Shown one piece after another: positions 54,837 to 64,000 of a stretch of 64,000 nt of DNA. The position numbers and the translations under genes were made by a program. The DNA comes from the human T2T-CHM13v2.0 reference genome, Homo sapiens: the NCBI RefSeq assembly GCF_009914755.1, contig NC_060926.1, one strand, 5' to 3'. Every line of letters starts with the position of its first letter. Within the stretch, counting starts at the first letter, position 1. A model generated the notes under the pieces. That model was not told the origin of the DNA and ran no database searches. It worked only from the letters and a program-made list of their open reading frames with translations.

Positions 54837-55970
54837 CTTCAAGATTTCTTAAAACAAGGCCAGCACCCCACAAGTATTTCTTCTGTCTTCGTTGATTTGT
54901 TGTTCTTCATTCACTCATTATTTTATTCATCTAGCATTTGTTGAGTGCCTACTATATCCTAAAGAAGATTAAAAATAGTCCTTACCCTTGACTCACATTG
55001 GTAATTTGTTGGTAATATTAGTCATATGTTAATATGTTGTAAAGAGACAACATAATCTAGCATATTTTAGGCAGTCACATTAGGATTGAAATCAAAACCC
55101 TATAGAAACATGTGCTTCAAAAGTATGTGGCAAGTATATGATACAGAATTCTTTCATTTGAACATAACGTAATTTGCCGTTTTAATCGGTAACAAATAAC
55201 ATTCTTGTAACACTAAGAAAAGTAGTACTCCAGGACATACAGAAAGTTTACATTATCCCTGACTCAGTTCCTCAAAAACTTGTTTAGAATAAAAAATGTT
55301 TTTAAAAGTATGATAGCAACAAAGTTTAAAACTAAAATGATTTTAAAATGATATAAAGCAACTAGTAACCTAACACTTTGTAGATACAAGCTTTTAACAA
55401 CATTGCTCTTTAACCAGTGTCTTTTGCTAATAGACGTAATATACCTGCTTACTACATAAACTCTGTATGAAAGGCATCTGCATGAATTAAGTAGCATCAG
55501 TCTTTTGGCATCTTAGTGTACACATCTTTAAATCAAGTGGATTTGATCAGATTATTTGTAAGTTCTCTTCCAATTTTAACATTCTTTAATTGTAGACATT
55601 AATAGTGCTTTTTCTAGAAACTGATGCAGACTTGTAGAATTCTGCATCAGTCAGCAGAGAGGAAAGAGCCTTCATATTTTTCATGAAATATGTATCTGAA
55701 TCAAACATCACAAGAAGGTTGCAGCATCAAATATAGGGAGGCAGGCTCCTTGTTTTATTTCACTGTAATTCTAAACTAACACCTATCAGGGTCAAAATTG
55801 GGACCACCATTTGTAATGTTGCATTTCTTTACTTAGTAGTCTTGGGAACTTCATGGCCATCCTGAACTGATAATAGGTTTGTAGGAATTGCCAGCATCTA
55901 AGAGTTTAAAATACACTAAGTCCTCACTTAACATCCTCTGTAGATTCTTGGAAACTATGACTTTACGTGA

Positions 55971-56478
55971 AATGACATGTAACAAAACCAGTTTTACCAG
56001 AGGCTAATTGATATAAACAAGAGTTAAGTTCCTACCATATATTTCTGGTCACGAAAACATCACCAAACTTCTAAATAAAGACCTAAAACATTTCTAATAG
56101 TAACAATTAAAGTAAGCATGAGTTATATATACATTTAAGAAAGGTTAACAAAAAACAAGTACAATGATGATTCCCCATTTTTAATGAATCAGTGAGTGAT
56201 AGTGGTTGTAGTGGTGCTGTGTTGAATGACATGTAACAAAACCAGTTTTACCAGAGGCTAATTGATATAAACAAGAGTTAAGTTCCTACCATATATTTCT
56301 GGTCACGAAAACATCACCAAACTTCTAAATAAAGACCTAAAACATTTCTAATAGTAACAATTAAAGTAAGCATGAGTTATATATACATTTAAGAAAGGTT
56401 AACAAAAAACAAGTACAATGATGATTCCCCATTTTTAATGAATCAGTGAGTGATAGTGGTTGTAGTGGTGCTGTGTTG
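55971..56478 (+). repeat. Perfect tandem duplication, 2 x 254 bp
   Basis: 55971-56224 is identical to 56225-56478 by base-by-base reading. Confidence 0.97.
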
Positions 56479-56796
56479 AATCAACGAATAAATGTTTGCA
56501 AAGCAAACATTGTAAGGAGCACCTCCTTCTGCCATGCAGTTCAAACACATACCATACCCAGTGTGGCAGGCTCACTGAACGCTGTTGTCCTGCAGTGTTT
56601 ATTGTTGTACGTTTGTGTGATTATCACCTGCTTTAACAGATTTGTATTTTATAAGAATTTGTATTTATTCACTCATTTATTTTCCAACTTGCTTATTCCA
56701 GTCCAGGGTTGAGGGTGGCCACAGCCCATCCCAGCAGCTCTGCAAGCTGCAAGGTAGGAATCGACCTTGAACAGGACACCATCCCATTGCAGGGTG

Positions 56797-56820
56797 CACA
56801 CACACACACACACACACACA

Positions 56821-56878
<58 letters not shown>
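56797..56878 (+). repeat. Compound microsatellite (CA)12(CT)12(CA)17
   Basis: Direct read. Confidence 0.95.
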
Positions 56879-56881
<3 letters not shown>

Positions 56882-57503
56882 AGATTAGGACCATGTAGAT
56901 ACCCCAGTTCACCTAACGTGCACATCTTTGGGATGTGAGAGTACCCAGAGAAAACCCACACAGCATGAGAGAACATGCAGTCTCCACACAGAGAGTGGCC
57001 CCAACCGAGAACTGGTTTTTATTCCCCTCCTAAAAGTTATGACACAATGATGTTGAACAAAACCATTGCTGTTTGAGGACCTGCTGTACTACAGCAAAGA
57101 AGTATGCAGTACTCCTCTAGGGGACACCATCCACAGTGTGTTCTCCATGGAGGTTACGTTGTATTTATATATAATGAATGGCGCCCCCGACAGCTGTGTC
57201 ACGTTTTGAGCATAGGAGCAAACATTCCTATTTTTCCAGAATGAACAGAGTTTTACTACATAGTTGCTATCGACCGGCCATGCTGTACAGGCCCTGTACT
57301 TTGCCATTGTTCATCACTTTCTCTTCAATCGTAACTTCTCCCCATGTATTAGAAAGCAATTTTAGATCACGGTAAAGTCATGACGCTGAAAAATTAGGAA
57401 CATAAAGCCACCTTTTTCTGCGTGGTTGCCTCAAGTGATGTACTAAAGCTTTACAAACAAACATATAAACCCCTACCCTTCTATGAATACTGTTTTTCTA
57501 CTC

Positions 57504-57823
57504 TTTATTTATGTTTTTATTTATTTATTTTTTTTTTAGACACAGGTTCTCACCCTGTCACCCAGGCTGGTGTGCAGTGGTGCAGTCACAGCTCTCACTG
57601 CAGCCTCGACCTCCTGGGTTCAAGTAATCCTCTTGCCTCAGCCTCCCAAGTAGCTGGGATTACATTCACTCACCACCACACCCAGCTAATGTTTTATTTT
57701 CTGGCAGAGGCAAGGTCTCACTATGTTGCACAGGCTGGTCTCAAACTCTTGGCCTCAAGCAATTCTCCCACCTCAGCTTCCCAAAGTGCTGGGATTACAG
57801 GTTCCAGCCAGCCGCAGTCAGTC
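57504..57823 (-). mobile_element. Alu (AluJ-like)
   Basis: (TTTA)n tail, gtcacccaggctggtgtgcagtgg...cccaaagtgctgggattacagg. Confidence 0.93.
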
Positions 57824-58074
57824 TCCTCTTTATTTAAATGTTTGCTATGATGATGCATTTCTCTTAAGAAAACTTCATAATTGACATATGTGGATTTAGG
57901 ACTACCTTCCAGTTTTTAATGTTGTCTATTTCTGAACTAGAAGATGGTATTTTGAGATGTTTTGGCAAGTGCTAGTATTTCAGGAAAATTTCAATGTTAT
58001 CAGAGTAAGTTATTTTCATGCTGTCATTTCTCTGATAATATAGCAGTCTTGATGACAGTGGAGGAGTAGGTAAC

Positions 58075-58270
58075 AAGAACATTGATTGATGCATTTAGTT
58101 AGCAAATGTTGTTGAATACCCACTCTGTACCAAATACCATGGTTGTCCCTATACAGTGTGTGCCTAAAGATACTAGGGCCTGGGCCTAGAGCTCCCTCTA
58201 TTGGGAAGCTGAATGTAGATGGGCCAGAGCATAACATGCAGGAGAATGGTCCCAATTCAGGGCAGCACTA
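58075..58270 (-). mobile_element. L2 3' fragment
   Basis: cattgattgatgcatttagttagcaaatgttgttgaatacccactctgtaccaaatacc. Confidence 0.55.
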
Positions 58271-59897
58271 GAGCATCCCACTCCTAGGAGGCATAGCCAG
58301 TCTCCTTCTAATGAATGTCCTGTATTTTTATTTAAATGTACCAGCCTTTGTTTGAAATTCCATTCCATTGCAAAGCAGAGGTAGATTACAGACTAGTTTT
58401 TATCACATTGTTTAAACTTGAATGGAGACACAACAGTTTTCTTTAAAGGTGAAGCACATTCAAGATCAAGGTCTGTGGAAAAACTCCTTCTTTATTGCAG
58501 GACCAGAAAAATAAAGGCACCAAGGTGCTCAGGCTCCAAAATTGCAGGGAATTTAATCCCAAGGGATGTTGACTGACTCTGGGAGGTTTTCAGGGTGTTT
58601 TTAATTCATCTGTTTCCCAACATAATTCATTTGTAGCCATGACCTAAGCATTCTTGTGACAGAAAAATGGGTTCACAATTGACATCTGTGTTAGAGAAAC
58701 ATGACTAATAAAGTCTTCTTTTTTCACCATTCCCTTAATAATGGGGAATGAAAAATTATGACCTTTCAAGTCATATAATTACAAATTTCTAAATGAACCA
58801 TTTAGAATTTCTCTTTTAAGGATGCAAATTAGTAATCAGTTGCTTTACAGTGTAATACAGGCACATGAGGTTATATTTATATGTGTAATAAAAGGTTTAT
58901 GATAATGACAGAGTAGAAAATTACACCATAAATCACATTTTCCTTCTTAAAAGATAGCAAATTAAATATGCAAATATTGCCAACTGAGATTCACAAAAGA
59001 TGCTATCTTGAAATATTTATGTAAAACACGGACCCATTTCACCTATTCATTGTAGTTAAGTTTTAATTTTAGATTATAATATAAGTGTGTTTTGAGGGGA
59101 CAGATGCGTTCTGTTTTTCCCAGTGACTTCTGTGTTATTACAATATTCATGCTTAAAGGACGGCCAGATAAAATAAAAATTTGTTCATCATTCCAATAAT
59201 TAGACTCTGCTTCCCATTTCACCAGTCCATGTAGAACAATATTCAAACATTGCTGTACTTTGGCCATCACCATATTAACTTCCCTTCTTTAAATTTGATT
59301 GTCTTTCAAATTCTATATTTAATTCACACAGGTCTCAACTTGCTTGCTTTATATAATTAAGCATGCTTTTTTTCTTTTTAACCTTAAACATTTCTATTTC
59401 CCTTTTCTCTCGTAAGCCCTATATAACCTTTTAAAATCATTTTAGAAGACTTCTATTAGGCTAATAACTTCAGTAATGTTGCTAGTCACCATTGCTACTT
59501 TCCTTTTTGCTCTTCTAAAATAGTATTGTAACTGACTAGCAGAGGACAGTTAAACATCACTCCAGATTCTGCTAACGGGATACTTTGAACACTTCAAATA
59601 GTGGTTACTTAAACCTTAATATGAGTATTTTTTCAACACACACATTTTTTAGCCTGTGAACTAAAAAGCCTATTATGTAAGTATATCCAAATACAGGGGT
59701 ATTTGTCAGCACATAGAGAAAAAACATATCTAAATGTAACACTGAATATTTTAATTACTATCATTTTGTAAAAGATGTACTTTTTTGAAAGTAATAGTAA
59801 GAAATCCCTTATGCTGCATACAATATGCAGTATTATATGATAGCATCTAACACCCATAAAAGTAGTTGTCATGTGGATATTTAAAAACATGCGTTAT

Positions 59898-60207
59898 GGG
59901 ATGGGCGCAGTGACTCACACCTGTAACCCCAGCACTTGGGAAGCTGACACTGGCGGATCACTTGAGGTCAGGAGTTCAAGAAGAACCTGGCAACATTTAG
60001 TAGAGAAGGCGAAACCGCATCTCTACTAAAAATACAAAAATTAGCTGGGCGTGGTGGTGCATGCCTGTAATCACAGATGCTTGGGAGGCTGAGGTGGGAG
60101 AATCACTTGAACCCAGGAGACAGAAGTTGCAGTGAGCCGAAATCACGCCACTGTACTCCAGTCTAAATGACAGAGCGAGAGATTCTGTCTCCAACAAAAG
60201 AAAAAAG
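59898..60207 (+). mobile_element. Alu (AluS-like)
   Basis: Full dimer; TSD acatgcgttat/acatgcattat. Confidence 0.95.
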
Positions 60208-60645
60208 GACATGCATTATTATGGACATGCAATAGAAATAAAACATATAATGAAAATTGGACTGTAAATTTCTAATTCCCACATAATGTAAATGGTCATC
60301 AGTGGTTTGAAGTGATTTATAAAGTTCATGGAAAAATGATCTCAGTCATTAATTGTAATAGTTATCAGCCTGCTGTTCACTCAGAGCCTACCAGATTTGA
60401 GTACACTTTAGAAATCTATGCATTTCAAAGTTGGACTTTATTTTGTTTATTATTACCAAAACATGGAGTCATGTGATAACCATGAAATAGCACAGTCTAT
60501 GCTTTTTAATGATAACCAGTGCCATGGTAGAGCTGAGAAATTGAGATCTGTGGAAGAGTGGAGGATTCAGGGACCGTATTTCAGCATCGAAGTGTTCTGC
60601 TCTGTTCATCTTTGGAAGAAACATGCCGTCTCTGTGTCTTCACAG

Positions 60646-60802
60646 CCGAGGAACTATGTTCAGAACGTAAACAAGGCTGCACCTTGAACTGTCCCTTCGG
60701 TTTCCTTACTGATGCCCAAAACTGTGAGATCTGTGAGTGCCGCCCAAGGCCCAAGAAGTGCAGACCCATAATCTGTGACAAGTATTGTCCACTTGGATTG
60801 CT
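60646..60802 (+). CDS. CRIM1: CRIM1 coding exon (exon 9), 157 nt, antistasin-like repeat 2 and first half of repeat 3: TEELCSERKQGCTLNCPFGFLTDAQNCEICECRPRPKKCRPIICDKYCPLGLL
   Basis: Acceptor gtcttcacag|CCGAG, donor TTGCT|gtacgt; ORF 60558..60836; phase 1 to 2. Confidence 0.96.
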
Positions 60803-61581
60803 GTACGTATTTGTTAATTCAGAAAAGCTATTATGAAGTGCAACTTGGTGAAATGTTTCTACACATTTTGTTTTATATGTTGTTTGTGAATTAATCTATG
60901 GTATATTGAGCCCAGAATGTCTATACTTGTTTTGTTAGGTGATTCAGAAAGCAGGGAGAAGGTTGTATCTCCAAAAAAAAAGAATCAAGTTTTACTTTTA
61001 CTTTTTATGGACATGGGCCAGACACACCCTTTGTGCCTGTTATATGAGACTTTCCCATAGCAGAGTCCTTTAGACACTGCTGGCAAGATTAGGAGATGGA
61101 ATTGTGAGGTCCCAGTGTTGGAAGTGCTACAACTCTTCACACCTGTCCCAAGGTCTATTTGTGATCATTTATTTAACACATACTTTAAGATCAATTGAAG
61201 ACCGACCCCCCACTCACTTGAAATACAGTGCATCCTTAGCTGCCATGCCTAGGTGTCTCACCTTGGAACTAGTCAGCGTTTCGTATTTTTTTCTTTATCT
61301 AGCGTTAGATTTTTATGAATTTTCTTGGAGCTAAGGGCCATTACTTTTATTTTTTAATATACTTTATTGAGTCAAACCCCATGAGAATCTAGATTATTCC
61401 AGGGGGGGAAATAGACACTTCATATTTGTTTCTTTCGTGTCTGTATAAGCACCTATATTTGCCTTTATATCAGGTTGATGCCTTTAGAAAAATCACCTTA
61501 ATTTATATTTTTCCCTTTGCTGTCTTTCTTTCATTTCAATCTGTCTTTCCAATTTGATATGTTTATGTAGTGCTAGATTCC

Positions 61582-61903
61582 TTTTCTTTTTTTTTTTTTT
61601 TTTTTTCAGGCAGGGTAGTGCTCTGCCACCCAGGCCGTAGTGCAGTGGCACAAGCATGGCTCACTGCAGCCTCAACCTCCCAGGCTGTCAGTCCTCCCAC
61701 CTCAGCCTCAGCCTCAGCCTCAGCCTCCCGAGTAGCTGGGACTAGAGGCATGCGCCACCATGCCCAACTAATTTTTGTATTTTTTGGAGAGATGGGGTTT
61801 CACCATGTTTCCCAGGCTGATCTGGAACTCCTGGCTCAAGCGATCAGCCTACCTTGGCCTTCCAAAGTGCTGGGATTACAGGCATGAGCCACTGTGCCTG
61901 GCC
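61582..61903 (-). mobile_element. Alu (AluJ-like) with internal (CCTCAG)4 expansion
   Basis: Poly-T...gtgcctggcc; flanking tagtgctag repeat. Confidence 0.95.
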
Positions 61904-62509
61904 TAGTGCTAGTAATTATAAGGGACTTAGACCTATCATCTCTTTCCCATCTTCTGTCAGTCATCTTTTTCATTCTTCATTTAAAAATTCTAGGTTTGGG
62001 AGGGGTCGTCTTTATAATTTTCATTGGATAATTAAATTGGAAACATTGTTCCGTAAAATTCCCCAAATAAAATAATGAATCATCATCATTCTTAATCCTA
62101 AAATAAGAATATGATGTCAATAAGAGTATTATGTCTTAGCCTAACTGCTCATATAAAATGAAGTAGTTGTATCACAATAGTAGGTAGCTTCAACCACTTG
62201 CTACAGTATCATGACAGTTCAGAATCAAGGCTGTGTTCAAATCCAACCGTCATGTTGGAGAAAAATCTCTTAGGAGATTGTAGATTTCACTTTGTATTCC
62301 TGTCAGCACATTCAGGGAGGACCCAGTTGGACACCTTGGACAACTGAATATTATACTGGCTAGAACACATGTGTTAAGGACACACACCAAAAGAGAATTC
62401 TTGGCCAGACACCACGTGGGAGTGTCAGGATGAAGGCAGCAGTTGGTGCCCCTTTTATGTACCTGCTGACTAAAGAATTACTTTCTGCATGCAGCAGATA
62501 CTTCCAGAA

Positions 62510-62567
62510 GGGAGGGAGGGAGGGAGGGACGGATGGATCGTAGGTGGGTGGGTGGGTGGATGGATGG
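62510..62567 (+). repeat. (GGGA)n/(GGAT)n/(GGGT)n simple repeat
   Basis: Direct read. Confidence 0.85.
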
Positions 62568-62935
62568 AGAAACAAATGAGTACACAGATAAACCAACAAA
62601 ATCTCCTTCACTTTCCTATTCATGGAGTTGCACATTCATCTTTTTATTGTGGTGTACCACTCTCCCTAATTAAATCAACAGTCATGTCATTGAGATTCTG
62701 AGAGCCACATCCTAGAAGCACGTAAGTGCTTGGGCAACTCTCTGCCTTGGTCATGAGTAAGTGGTGGTAATGGCCACAGGGAGCTAATTACCCATCACTC
62801 CAGGAATCTTTGAGAGCAAAAGTCAAGTCATTCTGTTTAATAGCAATATCACTTTATTGACCCTTGGTCTGAGTGCTTGGGCATCATTTGAGACTTTGTG
62901 ATTTTCTGACCTCTGACAAAATTTTAATTACCCAG

Positions 62936-63057
62936 GAAGAATAAGCACGGCTGTGACATCTGTCGCTGTAAGAAATGTCCAGAGCTCTCATGCAGTAAGA
63001 TCTGCCCCTTGGGTTTCCAGCAGGACAGTCACGGCTGTCTTATCTGCAAGTGCAGAG
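62936..63057 (+). CDS. CRIM1: CRIM1 coding exon (exon 10), 122 nt, end of antistasin repeat 3 and repeat 4: KNKHGCDICRCKKCPELSCSKICPLGFQQDSHGCLICKCR
   Basis: Translated by hand; acceptor ttacccag|GAAG, donor AGAG|gtaagt; phase 2 to 1, continues the exon 9 frame. Confidence 0.96.
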
Positions 63058-64000
63058 GTAAGTGTGTACACATGGCCCTTCCCCCTCAAAGCAGCCAGGG
63101 GCACCGAAACAAGGAACATAAGGACACCCTGTAATGAAATGGTTTCGGTGGTTGCTGCCTATTCTAACACAAATGTCAGTCTCTGTGGGACCGTCCCACA
63201 GGACTCCCTTTTCCTTTCATTTTTATGAAGTAAAAGCTCAGAATAGAATGTAAAGTAAGTATATGATGGACAAGCACATTGACTAAATTAATCACTTCCT
63301 AGCTCTTTTTACTTCTATCAGGAACTTTAGCCTAAAGCACAATTATCTGAACCTCTATAGAGCTTCTCTCTGTTCAGGAGTAAGATTAATAAAACTGCAA
63401 CAGTAAATAGCCCCATTTCAAAGTTCTAGAGGGTGGGTATAGCTCAGAAGTTAGCTGCTGTATTTCCAGATAACAGTTTTCCATGAGAATTTAGCCTTTG
63501 GCTGAATAAGCACATGCCAGCCCACAGCTGTGAATAAGCACAGAGCCTGGATATCCCTGCTGCCTGAGGCTTCTCCAGGGAGCTTCCTGAAGCCACTGAG
63601 CATGCACCCTGACCGCCGTTTCTGCCTTTACCCCAGCTCCAGCCCTGCTGCCTATCCCTTTTTATGTTGTACTTGTCAGCATGATGCACAGATTAAACTA
63701 TAAAAGATTCCTAAACTTTGTTTTACGATTTTTCAAAACTGGACAGTTACCACCTTAATGGTGTTTCTAAGGGGTTGGAGTAAACAAAAATCTAGTCACT
63801 GCTTTAATTGTTCTGCTGAACAAAACTCTGTTATTTGCAAGGGGCCCAGGATGTCCCCATTGGATGAAGCTTCTAGAGCGATTTTTCTGAATACATTCAA
63901 CATATTTGTAAAATTTGTTATAAAATCAGTGCTTGTTTATTGTATAAAATATGAGAAAGTACAGTGGAAGGAATAAAAAATCAGCGATCATCCCACGAAT

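Larger units (their letters stand above)
55914..57086 (-). mobile_element. Tigger3 (Golem/MER7-type) non-autonomous DNA transposon
   Basis: Terminal inverted repeats cactaagtcctc...gaggacctgctg, each flanked by TA; internal cacctaacgtgcacatctttgggatgtg. Confidence 0.88.

Noticed and set aside
55971-56478. CRISPR-like or satellite array interpretation of the repeats
   Set aside because: Only two contiguous units, no spacers, eukaryotic intron
57422-57850. 142-aa ORF (also 16598, 50778, 52055, 59997, 61570)
   Set aside because: Translations of Alu sequence
60571-60645. In-frame upstream extension of exon 9 using the AG at 60569-60570
   Set aside because: Frame is open, but the upstream sequence is purine-rich with no pyrimidine tract
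62953-63228. 91-aa ORF overlapping exon 10
   Set aside because: Alternative frame; the true cysteine-rich frame is set by splicing from exon 9
63434-63452. tRNA-like 5' motif gggtatagctcag
   Set aside because: No B-box or cloverleaf downstream

Overview
Human or closely related primate genomic DNA. The whole window lies inside the CRIM1 gene (cysteine-rich transmembrane BMP regulator 1) on the + strand. It holds six internal coding exons (911 nt; exons 5-10 by my recollection of the numbering). All have canonical AG/GT boundaries and splice into one open frame encoding the RGD segment, two VWC/chordin-type repeats and four antistasin-like repeats. The rest is intron with Alu, MIR, L1, L2, L3/CR1, Tigger1, Tigger3, MER30 and other relics; repeat families were assigned by eye from remembered consensus motifs. 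I see no promoter, CpG island, RNA gene or new gene system. The unusual signals are local templated-copy events: an 82-bp near-identical tract shared by two otherwise diverged MIRs flanking exon 8, a perfect 254-bp tandem duplication inside a Tigger3, an order-permuted two-piece local duplication fused to a truncated Tigger1, an exact 26-bp dispersed copy, and a fold-back insertion in an Alu. Inverted Alus also closely bracket exon 9.
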